24,813 nucleotides of DNA, from positions 1-24,813 of the IMG/VR virus record IMGVR_UViG_3300047546_002341. The stretch is one strand, 5' to 3'. Source of the stretch: a virus (taxonomy: Duplodnaviria; Caudoviricetes). The translations under genes and the position numbers were made by a program. The notes under the pieces were generated by a model. The model saw nothing but the letters and a program-made list of their open reading frames with translations. It was not told the origin of the DNA and ran no database searches. This document shows positions 8,562 to 17,682 of this stretch, piece after piece (position 1 is the first letter of the stretch; each line of letters starts with the position of its first letter).

Positions 8562-9062
8562 ATGCCGGCTTCTGTTATCCCCAAGCACTTCACCGATGGG
8601 TCTGTCACCTTCAAAGATGGCACCGGCACGCCGGTTACCCTGTCGGTTCCGTTCACGATGGGCGACTGTTCGATTAGTGGCCTTGCGCAAGATGCGCTTG
8701 GTCGCGCGACGAATGCCTATGAAACCCGTGGCGTCCTGGTCGGCTTGCGCCGTGGCGCGCGGGAGTATCCGACGTTTTCGATGTCTTTGATGGTGCCAGA
8801 CGTCAGCGACGGCACCAACGTCACCCCGCTTGACTTCATTCGCAAGAAGGGTGCCTATACATCGAACGTGTCAACGACCACGGCCCTGGGTGATGTCTAC
8901 ACGATCGATATCGTGCTGACGATCGAAGGCACCGACCTGGGCGACGCCGCCGACCATACCTTCACCCTCGAAGATGTGGATTGCCGCGCCGACTTCGCCG
9001 AGGGCGAGCCCAACACGCTGACGATCAACGGCACGATCTACGGCACGATTACCCCGGCCTAA
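8562..9062 (+). CDS. Major tail (tube) protein
   Basis: 166 aa Thr/Gly/Asp-rich beta protein with SD GAGGT, optimised codons and C-terminal FAEGEPNTLTING. Upstream of the chaperone and tape measure genes. Confidence 0.7.
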   Translation: MPASVIPKHFTDGSVTFKDGTGTPVTLSVPFTMGDCSISGLAQDALGRATNAYETRGVLVGLRRGAREYPTFSMSLMVPDVSDGTNVTPLDFIRKKGAYTSNVSTTTALGDVYTIDIVLTIEGTDLGDAADHTFTLEDVDCRADFAEGEPNTLTINGTIYGTITPA

Positions 9063-9082
9063 GTTGGTCGCCTAACCATCCA

Positions 9083-9100
9083 CATCGGAGAGCCCCGATG
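9083..9100 (+). promoter_or_regulatory. Start-associated hairpin repeat, copy 3
   Basis: Exact CATCGGAGAGCCCCGATG ending in ATG 9098. Shares a longer 23-mer, CCACATCGGAGAGCCCCGATGCC, with copy 2. Confidence 0.8.
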
Positions 9101-9430
9101 CCCGACAACATCACATTTGGCGGCGCCACTTACGCGCTGCATGCCCCTCGCAGCCCAGCCCGTGCGGCGGCTGTCCTGCAAATCCAGGCCAAAGACAGTC
9201 CCCACGTTGCGCTTGCCGCGGCGTTGGGCCTGTGTGCGGACTGTCACGGGGTCCAATGGAAAGGGTCGGCATCGGCTTTCGGTGAAGCCGTCTTCGACGC
9301 GCTGCAGGCCCGAAAGGTTGCCTTCGGCGCGATTTGCGAGGCCGGCGCAAAGTGCATGGAGCTTGTCGCAAGCGCCGTGCTCTTTGAGGATGAGGTCGCC
9401 ACCGAAGAGGCTTTTACCGCGGCCCCGTAG
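9098..9430 (+). CDS. Tail assembly chaperone (lambda gpG analogue)
   Basis: 110 aa beginning MPDNITFGGATYAL (chaperone-like start), located between the tail tube and tape measure genes. Confidence 0.65.
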   Translation: MPDNITFGGATYALHAPRSPARAAAVLQIQAKDSPHVALAAALGLCADCHGVQWKGSASAFGEAVFDALQARKVAFGAICEAGAKCMELVASAVLFEDEVATEEAFTAAP

Positions 9431-9612
9431 GTCGGTTGGATTTCCAGACCTTGGAAATCTGCCGCCTGTGGGGCCAAGCGCCGGGATGGTGGGGCACCCT
9501 ATCGCGCACCGATAGGGTAGCCCTTACCGCGTGGTATCGGGTACACTGTGACCCGACGAAGGGGCAAGCCAAGGCGCCACCGCCACCGCCACCGCCTGCG
9601 CGTCGCCGGTGA
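9412..9612 (+). CDS. Chaperone -1 frame extension (gpT analogue), not in the ORF track
   Basis: The -1 frame is open 9394-9612: FYRGPVGRLDFQTLEICRLWGQAPGWWGTLSRTDRVALTAWYRVHCD...PPPPPPARRR*. It overlaps the chaperone end at GGCTTTTA (9409-9416) and stops 3 nt before the next ATG. TTG 9436 is an alternative independent start. Confidence 0.6.
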   Translation, partial: FYRGPVGRLDFQTLEICRLWGQAPGWWGTLSRTDRVALTAWYRVHCDPTKGQAKAPPPPPPPARRR

Positions 9613-9615
9613 AGC

Positions 9616-10176
9616 ATGAGCCGACCTATCAAAGTGCGAAGCGGCAAAGTGTCGATTGATATCGACGCCACACTGCAGGCACAGATTGATTCGATGGTGC
9701 GGGGTATGGCCCCCGCCGTAAGTGGCGCGCTGGACGCCTATCTCGACAAAGCAGAGGCATACGTCGCGCAAGAGTACCCGCGCCCCGGGGATAGTCGATT
9801 CCCCACGGCTACCGGCAACAGCCGCGATGCGTTCGCCTATGTCCGCACCGTTGAGCAGCGCGGCGACGGCGCTGTTTTGGTTGCCTCGATAGACAACGAC
9901 GCCAGCAACTACGGCAAGATTAGCCGTCTGCGCGGACGCGCGAATGACTTGCGGCGACAGTTACAAGACGGGCAAGAACTGACACCCGATGAACTTCGCG
10001 AACTGAGGGTGATTGAAGCCCTTGAGAAACAGACGGGTCGCAAGGCGTTGATTCCGTATGTGGTCTTTGTGCACCGCGGGCTATATTGGCAGACCCTGCG
10101 CCGCATGCGGAAAGAGGCAGAACGCGCTATTGTTGCAGAAGCAGCGGCAGAGTTGCGCCGCCTTGCCGGAGGGTAA
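9616..10176 (+). CDS. HK97 gp10-like neck or tail-completion protein
   Basis: Contains P.ATGNSRDAF (compare the gp10-family PvdTGnLrdSi), PYVVFVH and terminal amphipathic helices. Confidence 0.5.
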   Translation: MSRPIKVRSGKVSIDIDATLQAQIDSMVRGMAPAVSGALDAYLDKAEAYVAQEYPRPGDSRFPTATGNSRDAFAYVRTVEQRGDGAVLVASIDNDASNYGKISRLRGRANDLRRQLQDGQELTPDELRELRVIEALEKQTGRKALIPYVVFVHRGLYWQTLRRMRKEAERAIVAEAAAELRRLAGG

Positions 10177-10179
10177 ACC

Positions 10180-12339
10180 ATGGCTGACGTAGCAACCCTA
10201 ACCCTTCGGGCCGATATCTCTGAACTGCAGCGCAAGTTGCGCAGTATTCCAGACGAGGCAAGCGGCAGCGCAAAGCAGATGGCGATTGCGCTTGAAAGGG
10301 AGTTCAAGCGGGCAAGCGCAGCGGCAGAAGCGGCGGCAAAGGCCAGCAGCGCGGCCAACGTTCGCGCCGCGGCAGAGACTGAAAGGGCAACGCAGAAGCT
10401 GCAAGAGTATCTGGCGGCGGGTGACCCTGTAGCCGAACTGACCCTAAAGTTTCAGCGGCAAGCGGCTGAAATCGAGAAGATCGGCAAGGTTACCGGCGAC
10501 GCGAAAGGCGCGCAACAGGCGCTTGCCAAGGCATCGGCGGACTACTCGCAAAGCCTGCAGGCGTTGACAGCCCCGGCACAAAGCACGTTTTCGGCAGTCA
10601 GCGATGGAGCAACCAAAGCCGCCGGGTCAAACTGGAAGCTCAACCAACAGACCCTAAGCCTGCGCAAGAACGTCGGCGATTTTGCCAATAGCCTTATCGC
10701 TGGGCAGTCGCCGTTTACCGTGTTGATGCAGCAAGGCCCGCAGGTTGTCGAGCTTTTCGCAGAAGCGGATAGCGCGACGGCGCTATTGCAATCCAGCTTC
10801 GGCGGTCTGTTTGCCAAGGCGGCGGCGTTGGCCGTTCCGCTTGCGGCTATCGCAACAGCGGTTGCGGCAGCCGTTGCTATCTATTCAGTGTATGCGAACG
10901 CAACCGACGAAAACGCCGAAGGCAATAACCGTTTGGCTGCATCGTTCCGCAAGTTGACAGAAGAAGTTGATACGTCAAGCGATGCCATCAACAAACAACA
11001 GGCTGCGTTGACCCAACTGAAGAAGGCAACAGACGATCGGCGCGAAAGTCTGTTGGTTGAGATTGGCGTATTGAACGAGCATGACGTTGCCGCGAAGCGC
11101 GAAGCTGACGCGCTGCGCGAATCGACGCGCGCAACAATGCTCGATATCACGATGAAAAAAGCCAAGCTGCAGACTGATTTACAGACGGCAGAAGCGGTCT
11201 TGCGCAACAAAGACGCGAACGTGGCGATGCGCGCGGAAGCTTCGCAGGTCGTCAAGGTATTGCGCGATCAAGTCAAAGCCGAACAATCCAAGATTGATGC
11301 AGCCCAGGCAAACCTAAGCCAGCAACTCGAAGATATCGACAATATGCGGCTGGTGCGCCAAGTGCGCGATGAGGCTACCAATGCAGACGACAAAGGCACA
11401 ACCGCAAAGCAGGGCTTGACCAAAGCCACCAAAGACGAGAGTAAGGCGAACCGCGACCTTGCCGCAGCCTATGAGACTGTGCAAGGCATTTTGGGCGCAA
11501 CGGTCGAAGCCAATGCGTCAGCCGAACGCAAGCTTGGTATTGCCGCAGCAGAGCGCATCAAGATTCTGACCGATATCGCAGAAAAGTATGCGGACCAACC
11601 CGATATCGTCGCCAAGGCAGCGCAAGCCGAAGAGGCTGTTCGCGAACAGTTGCGCGCCGATCTTGCCGCTCAACAAGCCAAAGACGACGAAGCATTTGAT
11701 GCCGCGAAACAGAAACTGCATGAACGGCAGATGGCGCGCGCAAAAGAGCTTGCCGACCAAGAAGAGCGACTGCAAGCCCAGCGCATCGCGAACGCGCAAG
11801 CGGTCGGCACGTTTGCCAGCGGGGTTAGTGACCTTCTGGCGCAACGCGCCGAAGCCAACGCAAAGCGCGATCGTGAGCTTGCATTGAGACAGTTCAAGGC
11901 CAGCAAAGCCGCGGCTGTTGCAGAGGCAACGATCAACGGTGCGGTCGCTATCACCCGTGCGCTTGCGACCCTGGGGCCTGTCGCCGGTGCACTTGCCACG
12001 GCAGGTATCGCGGCAAGTACCGCAGCACAGATCGGCATAATCGCCAGCCAAAAGCCCGCGTTCGACCGCGGCGGTTTGATTCAGGGCGGCGCGATGGCTG
12101 ACCAAGTGCCCGTGAACGCATTGCCCGGCGAGGCTGTGCTATCGCGCGGCGCTGTGCGTGCGATCGGCGGGCAGGCCGGGGTCGATCGACTCAACCGCGG
12201 CGAAAGCACCGGCCCGCAAGTGGTAGTTGTCGAGGCATACAAACACTTCGGGCGATTTGTGCAAGACGAGCTTGGGCGCGCCGGTGTGCTCCAACGTGCT
12301 ATGCTTGCCGGGCGCCCTGTCGGCGCTTTGGGGTACTGA
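10180..12339 (+). CDS. Tail tape measure protein
   Basis: 719 aa Ala-rich helical protein starting MADVATLTLRADIS, with the lambda-type motif GQSPFTVLMQQGPQ and C-terminal FDRGG...PGEAVL. Confidence 0.92.
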   Translation: MADVATLTLRADISELQRKLRSIPDEASGSAKQMAIALEREFKRASAAAEAAAKASSAANVRAAAETERATQKLQEYLAAGDPVAELTLKFQRQAAEIEKIGKVTGDAKGAQQALAKASADYSQSLQALTAPAQSTFSAVSDGATKAAGSNWKLNQQTLSLRKNVGDFANSLIAGQSPFTVLMQQGPQVVELFAEADSATALLQSSFGGLFAKAAALAVPLAAIATAVAAAVAIYSVYANATDENAEGNNRLAASFRKLTEEVDTSSDAINKQQAALTQLKKATDDRRESLLVEIGVLNEHDVAAKREADALRESTRATMLDITMKKAKLQTDLQTAEAVLRNKDANVAMRAEASQVVKVLRDQVKAEQSKIDAAQANLSQQLEDIDNMRLVRQVRDEATNADDKGTTAKQGLTKATKDESKANRDLAAAYETVQGILGATVEANASAERKLGIAAAERIKILTDIAEKYADQPDIVAKAAQAEEAVREQLRADLAAQQAKDDEAFDAAKQKLHERQMARAKELADQEERLQAQRIANAQAVGTFASGVSDLLAQRAEANAKRDRELALRQFKASKAAAVAEATINGAVAITRALATLGPVAGALATAGIAASTAAQIGIIASQKPAFDRGGLIQGGAMADQVPVNALPGEAVLSRGAVRAIGGQAGVDRLNRGESTGPQVVVVEAYKHFGRFVQDELGRAGVLQRAMLAGRPVGALGY

Positions 12340-12342
12340 CCT

Positions 12343-15300
12343 ATGGCCACAAGCACCGCCCGTCCGCAGCATCCCGCTTTGGTTGTGATGGACCCCCGCC
12401 TTGACCGCGTTGTCGAGGCGTGGTCAAGCCAAAGCAGCTACACCGAAGCGAGCCCCCGGGCCGGCCTCCCTGACCCGTCTGGCGCCTATACAGGCAGCCT
12501 GCGGGCCAGTGGAGCGCAGACGGCCAAGGTGGTTACCCGTGTGCAGTCTGCAGGCTTGCCGGGCAGCACAGGCACGGCGGCGACGGTTGTGCACAGCCCC
12601 GATGGTTCGACCGGGTGGGTAGGATGGGAAGGCCCCGGCACGGTGTCGCATTGGGAAGCCGTCAACTACACCGCGACCACGACAGACTACCTTATCGATC
12701 CGCATATCGTCACCACGCCAGAAGGCGCGCTTGTGGCGTGCGCACGCAAAGGTGCGGGGACCGGCGGCGGTTCGCTTGTGGTGTATCGGCGGGCAATCGG
12801 CGCGGCTTCGTGGGGCTCGCCCATCACCGTAGACACAAACGGACTTGAGCCCTTCAATCCATGTCTTTGCGTGGTTGGGTCGCGTCTGTTTCTGTTTGCA
12901 GCCATTGAGGCCCCTGTCGGCACCGATAACTACGTGTGGACCTTTACGTCAGCCGATGACGGCCTCACGTGGCAGACTGCCGCGGCGCCCGCAACGGTCG
13001 ACCGGACCACGGTGCAGGCTGTACCGGTTGCCGATATCCAGCGGCTGCGCGCTGCATATGCAAACGGTCAAATCATTCTGTTTGTGCATACCCGCAACGG
13101 GACCACAAACACGACGTATCAATGGGCGTCCGATGACTTGGGCGCTTCGTTTGTGCTGGTGACCACAATCGCGGGCGAGGGCTATTGCGATGTGGTCGCA
13201 GTCGGCGGCCAGTTTATCGCGGTCTTTGGTCGGTTCAGCGGGGCGGCGTATACCACGCGAATCCGGCGCTTTGGGTCGGCATTCCAGGGTGCGGCATCGG
13301 CGATTATCGTTAGCGCAGTCGACAGCGGTAACGCTCTTGGGTCTGTGTATCTCGCCAACGTCGCGGCAACTGTCAGCCTGCACAACGGCTTCGCCATCGT
13401 CGCCGATGAAGTCGGCTGCGTGTATGTCTTCGGCGTGTACTACACCGCAGACCCTGACACGCCAACCTATCGCGGGGTGGTAGCTGTCAGCGAAGACCGC
13501 GGGTTGACCTGGATTCCTTGGGGTCAGGATACCTATAGTGCCAGCGACCCGACCGGCTACGGATACAGCGCGCGTTGGTTTAGCCCCATCAATACCGATA
13601 GTGCCACGCCAAGCCCAAGTATCTGCAGGGTACGGCGGTTTGCGGTCGCGGCCCAGCGCGGGCGGTTTGTGGTTGCGCACAACTGGGTCGCTCCAACTGC
13701 TACGTATGGCAACAGCCTGGGCATCGCCTATCTTGGCGGCCTGACCACGCAGTGTTTGCCGCCAATCAACCGCGGCGCCCGGTATCAAGACCAAGCTTCT
13801 TGGGATTACGCATGGTGGCCGTTCGAGGAACCATCACAAATCAGCGGCATCACATACACCGAAACCGGCACCGGTTCGTCCGTTCTGTCGGCACCGGGCG
13901 CGCTGAACCTGACAACGCCGCTCGCATCAACGACGTTCGCGACCCTCGAAGACCCGATGAGTCTGGACCCAACCCAGCGCGATAGCGTCGGCGAAACCGT
14001 GATCGCTGAAGCGGCATTCGAAGCGACGGCAAACCCCGATACGTCTACCGACCGCATCGCCCTTCGCGTTCGCGCAGATGATGGGGTGTATGGCTATCAA
14101 GTCAGTGTGCGCGTCAACACTTCCTTTATCGTCGTTTATGACGACGTATCGGGTTCCAACATCTTGACTTCGCTTGCGGTGCAAGGGGTCAAGCACGTTC
14201 GCGTGGGGCTTGACGGCAGTACCGGCACGGTTGCGATTTGGTATCGCGCATGGGCGCCCGACGTTACCCGTTCGTGGACGTTCTTGGGCTCCGACACCTT
14301 GACCGATGACGGCGGGACGGTCGGCAATCACCGCGTGCAATGGGGTCAGTTTGCAGGCGCAGCCTCTGCCCCAACGTCGTCGTGGTATTTTGTCGCGGCG
14401 TCTTTCGGCAGCCGGGCGGGCTTCTCGAACGTCGGCACATCGGCGCATTGGGATAGCTTCGACGTCTCACAGTTGCCGGATACCCTCAAGGGGCGGCAAC
14501 TCCCCGCGGTGCCGAACGCGGCTTTCGCGGCTTCTGAGGTCAGCGTTACCGGCCTGCGGGGCCCGTTCTATACCGGCCAAGTGTGGAGCACGGCACCCGA
14601 TGCAACCTTCGCGGTACGGCGCATCCTGCCGCAGATTGCGCGCTCGCCCCGCTTGGGTTGGCGGTCGCAAGCCGACAATGTGCAACAGACTATTGCATTC
14701 CGGCTGCAGTCGACCGGCACAGATAGCTCCCCGCTGGGGCCTGTGATGGCTTGCGTTCTGCGCGGCATCAACTGGCGCACAGGTGCGGTACAAGCCCGAA
14801 TCGGCGGCGTTTGGACTACGCAAGCGACGATTGACGCGGCGCTTTCGTCAACGGCTATTGGGTTCACCCGCAACGGCGATACCCTTACCCCGTCGACCTA
14901 TGCAGCCGATCGGCCTTATTTTGCGACGGCAGAGCTTGAGGGCTGGACTGCGGAGTTCGGGAATATCTCAGGCGGCGTGCTTATCGCGCAGCGCAAGGTG
15001 AGACACAGCACCGAAGGCAAGCTTTCGACCGGCACCTATGGCGGCCCGGTCTGCCGTATGACTTTGGCCGGTGTGACCGGCACCGAACAAACCAGCGGCA
15101 CGATGCGCCTATGGTCCCCCGAAATCGCGGTTATCTTCCCATTCAGCGCAAACGCTGACGGCTGGCGTATTCTGATTGATGCCCAGCAAACGGCAGAAGA
15201 TTACTACACCATCGGACAGATGGTGTTGGGTCCGCTGCATATCCTCGCAGCCCCCTATTCGTGGGGCCGCACACAAACGACCGAACGGGGTTCGGTTGTC

Positions 15301-15693
15301 GAGGTCCAGCCAGACCGCAGCACCTATCTTTCTCGGCCCGCCCCGACGCGCCGGGTCATCCAAATGACCTGGGCTGATGGGGTCGACGAAACCCAAATGT
15401 GGGCGGCAAGCCCCGAACCCGACTTCGTGGATTACGATAGCAGCGACGCCAGCAACGCCAACGCGGCAACGCTGCACAGCTTGACCGGGCTATTGAACGA
15501 AGCCGATGGGCGAATGGTTGCGCTGTTGCCCAAGGTCACACTGCCTATCACCACAACGCAAACGATTCGGCGCCGCGCTGGTCTGATCGTCGGCACCGCT
15601 TCGGCTGTCGATCAGTTGGACACAATCCAAGGCGAAGAGTTGACAGACGAAGTGCACCGCAGCGGCAACCTTGTAATCACCGAAGAGGTCTAA
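12343..15693 (+). CDS. Large tail-tip protein with Asp-box (BNR) beta-propeller region
   Basis: 1116 aa directly after the tape measure gene. Asp-boxes TSADDGLTW, ASDDLGASF and VSEDRGLTW; beta-rich throughout. Confidence 0.7.
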   Translation: MATSTARPQHPALVVMDPRLDRVVEAWSSQSSYTEASPRAGLPDPSGAYTGSLRASGAQTAKVVTRVQSAGLPGSTGTAATVVHSPDGSTGWVGWEGPGTVSHWEAVNYTATTTDYLIDPHIVTTPEGALVACARKGAGTGGGSLVVYRRAIGAASWGSPITVDTNGLEPFNPCLCVVGSRLFLFAAIEAPVGTDNYVWTFTSADDGLTWQTAAAPATVDRTTVQAVPVADIQRLRAAYANGQIILFVHTRNGTTNTTYQWASDDLGASFVLVTTIAGEGYCDVVAVGGQFIAVFGRFSGAAYTTRIRRFGSAFQGAASAIIVSAVDSGNALGSVYLANVAATVSLHNGFAIVADEVGCVYVFGVYYTADPDTPTYRGVVAVSEDRGLTWIPWGQDTYSASDPTGYGYSARWFSPINTDSATPSPSICRVRRFAVAAQRGRFVVAHNWVAPTATYGNSLGIAYLGGLTTQCLPPINRGARYQDQASWDYAWWPFEEPSQISGITYTETGTGSSVLSAPGALNLTTPLASTTFATLEDPMSLDPTQRDSVGETVIAEAAFEATANPDTSTDRIALRVRADDGVYGYQVSVRVNTSFIVVYDDVSGSNILTSLAVQGVKHVRVGLDGSTGTVAIWYRAWAPDVTRSWTFLGSDTLTDDGGTVGNHRVQWGQFAGAASAPTSSWYFVAASFGSRAGFSNVGTSAHWDSFDVSQLPDTLKGRQLPAVPNAAFAASEVSVTGLRGPFYTGQVWSTAPDATFAVRRILPQIARSPRLGWRSQADNVQQTIAFRLQSTGTDSSPLGPVMACVLRGINWRTGAVQARIGGVWTTQATIDAALSSTAIGFTRNGDTLTPSTYAADRPYFATAELEGWTAEFGNISGGVLIAQRKVRHSTEGKLSTGTYGGPVCRMTLAGVTGTEQTSGTMRLWSPEIAVIFPFSANADGWRILIDAQQTAEDYYTIGQMVLGPLHILAAPYSWGRTQTTERGSVVEVQPDRSTYLSRPAPTRRVIQMTWADGVDETQMWAASPEPDFVDYDSSDASNANAATLHSLTGLLNEADGRMVALLPKVTLPITTTQTIRRRAGLIVGTASAVDQLDTIQGEELTDEVHRSGNLVITEEV

Positions 15694-15695
15694 CC

Positions 15696-17306
15696 ATGCC
15701 CCGCGCCGATGCTGACTTGGTTTGGCTTCTGACCATCATCTTGCCGGGGTACACGTTTCGCTTGTCAACCCGACCGGTTGCGGTAACCGAAGCGAACGGC
15801 ACGGTTACCGAATACAGCGGCGGTCTGTCAGAAATCGACTTCGTGGAAGAGATCGATCTTTTGAGCATTTCGCCAGCCTCGCAGACGGTATCGGTCGAAG
15901 GGCACATAGACCCAACGCCTGCGGAGCTTGCGCGCCATGGCTTCGATCTGCGCGAAGGCGTGGCGCGATTGTCTTACGCATTGGTGGAGCCTCACCGCGG
16001 CTATACCCTGCAGGCCATCAGTCACACGGCCCGCGTTGATGTCGCCGAAGGTCGGCTTGCACAGCCTGCATGGGGCGACCCAATCAAGCCTGACACGTGG
16101 TTCAGCGCAAGCGTAGAGGCTACCCCGTGGACGTCACGTGTTCCGCTGCTAAGCCCAGCGGCGACCATTACCAGCGATGACTTCCCGAACCTGCGCGACG
16201 ATGCCGAAGGGTTCCCCTTCCCGCTTGTGATCGGCAAGCCTGGGAATGCGGTCATTGGGCTGTATTCAACGCCTGCCTACGTTGTCGAGACGTTCGGCGC
16301 ACAGGCTGAACATCTGTTGATTGCCGGCTATGACGTTTCAGCGCCGGGCGATTCTGTCGTGATTAGCGACGGGTCCACCAACGAAGCACAGGCTGTCTTG
16401 GCTGGAATCACAGCCTCGGGTGTGCCCTATTACTATTGCGATATCCTCGCCTCCACTGTGCTCGACAAAACCGCCGATCTGTATGCGGTTGCATGGTCGG
16501 CGGCTTCGGGTGTCGGCGGCGCATCGCAGCCGGGCGCGCCTTCGTCTGTGGGCGAGGCGATCCGCTATCTAATCGCAAGGGCGGGCCTGCCGTTCGATAT
16601 CGGTGGAAGTGCCGCGGCCATCGACTATCTGCGCGCGATTCGCTTTGATTGCTACCTGAACGATCCGGCGGTTTCGGCTTGGGAATACCTGTCTACGCAA
16701 GTCCTGCCGCGCTTGCCGATCACCCTGCGCTACACCGCTGCGGGCCTGCGCATCGACGCGCTCAATCCCGACCTGCCGCCCGCTCTTGCGACCGCGGCAA
16801 GCCCCGATGACGGCTGGTGCCGCTTGTCGGCCTGTGTGCAAGAGGATGCACCGGCACCAAAGCGGCTTGTCATCAAGGGCGGCCAAAACATCAGCACGGG
16901 CGGATATGCCCGAATCGTGATTGTCGACGGTCGGGCAGACGAAGTGCCAGCCGATCAGCCAAGCCGGCGCAGCGGCGTCGATGTGCGGACCCGTACCCCT
17001 GTTGGCGTACAGCCCAGCGAAGAGGAGGCGATCGAAATCCCTTGGTGCCAAGACCTGGGCAGCCTCTATACCCTCGCCCTATGGCGCGCTGGGTTCCGTT
17101 CTGCGCGTCCGTTCACTGTGACCTATAGTGCACCCGTGCAATACGAGCATCTCGAACCGGGCGCCGCTGTAGCGGTCACGGATGATGCCTTGGGCTGGGT
17201 TGATCGTGTGGTCTTCGTGCGCTCGAAAAGTTGGGTCAGCGGACGTTGGGTGTTTGTGCTTTGGGGCGTAGAGCGCGCCGCTTTCGACGTCTACGCAGGC
17301 GGGTAG
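15696..17306 (+). CDS. Probable tail hub or baseplate (Tal-like) protein
   Basis: 536 aa with G.PFPLVIG and C-terminal HLEPGAAVAVTD (hub-like LE.GD.V.v motif). Second gene after the tape measure. Confidence 0.55.
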   Translation: MPRADADLVWLLTIILPGYTFRLSTRPVAVTEANGTVTEYSGGLSEIDFVEEIDLLSISPASQTVSVEGHIDPTPAELARHGFDLREGVARLSYALVEPHRGYTLQAISHTARVDVAEGRLAQPAWGDPIKPDTWFSASVEATPWTSRVPLLSPAATITSDDFPNLRDDAEGFPFPLVIGKPGNAVIGLYSTPAYVVETFGAQAEHLLIAGYDVSAPGDSVVISDGSTNEAQAVLAGITASGVPYYYCDILASTVLDKTADLYAVAWSAASGVGGASQPGAPSSVGEAIRYLIARAGLPFDIGGSAAAIDYLRAIRFDCYLNDPAVSAWEYLSTQVLPRLPITLRYTAAGLRIDALNPDLPPALATAASPDDGWCRLSACVQEDAPAPKRLVIKGGQNISTGGYARIVIVDGRADEVPADQPSRRSGVDVRTRTPVGVQPSEEEAIEIPWCQDLGSLYTLALWRAGFRSARPFTVTYSAPVQYEHLEPGAAVAVTDDALGWVDRVVFVRSKSWVSGRWVFVLWGVERAAFDVYAGG

Positions 17307-17332
17307 ACCGGCACGATTGACCGTGCTACGCT
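17304..17332 (+). promoter_or_regulatory. Putative internal late promoter
   Basis: TAGACC, 17-nt spacer, TGc-TACGCT. Shares GACCGTGCTAC with the capsid promoter. SD GAGGTG at 17341. Confidence 0.45.
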
Positions 17333-17351
17333 TGCGGTGCGAGGTGCACTC

Positions 17352-17681
17352 ATGGCCGCAACTGTCAGCAAGTCCGGCACGCCGGGCCCGATTACCGACC
17401 GAATCGCTTTAGGCGGCACGGGCGGCAACGCCACCGCCATTACGTTCCCCCGTTGGGCGCGGGAAATCTCGATCCGCATCTTTGCCAGCGACAACGAAAC
17501 GCAGTCTGCGGGCTTCGTTAGCAGCACCGGCACTGATGGCGCGGCAATCGACAGCAACGGCGTTAGGGTCGAACTTGGCGTGCCCTATATGCTCAACCCG
17601 TCACCGGGCGGCGCAGCCGTTGTGCTGTACATTAGCGGCGACGCGGCAAACGACGTCGCCCATATCAGCGTGAGTGCCTGA
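17352..17681 (+). CDS. Small beta-rich virion-type protein (109 aa)
   Basis: ATG 17352 behind GAGGTG; Gly/Ser/Thr-rich with alternating hydrophobic strands. Confidence 0.6.
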   Translation: MAATVSKSGTPGPITDRIALGGTGGNATAITFPRWAREISIRIFASDNETQSAGFVSSTGTDGAAIDSNGVRVELGVPYMLNPSPGGAAVVLYISGDAANDVAHISVSA

Positions 17682-17682
17682 A

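Noticed and set aside
4219-9100. The 18-nt repeats as a CRISPR array or IS ends
   Set aside because: Copies are kilobases apart, tied to start codons, and have no spacers, cas genes or transposase.
9576-9596. (GCCACC)n short tandem repeat as a contingency locus
   Set aside because: Only about three units, explained as poly-Pro codons in the chaperone extension.
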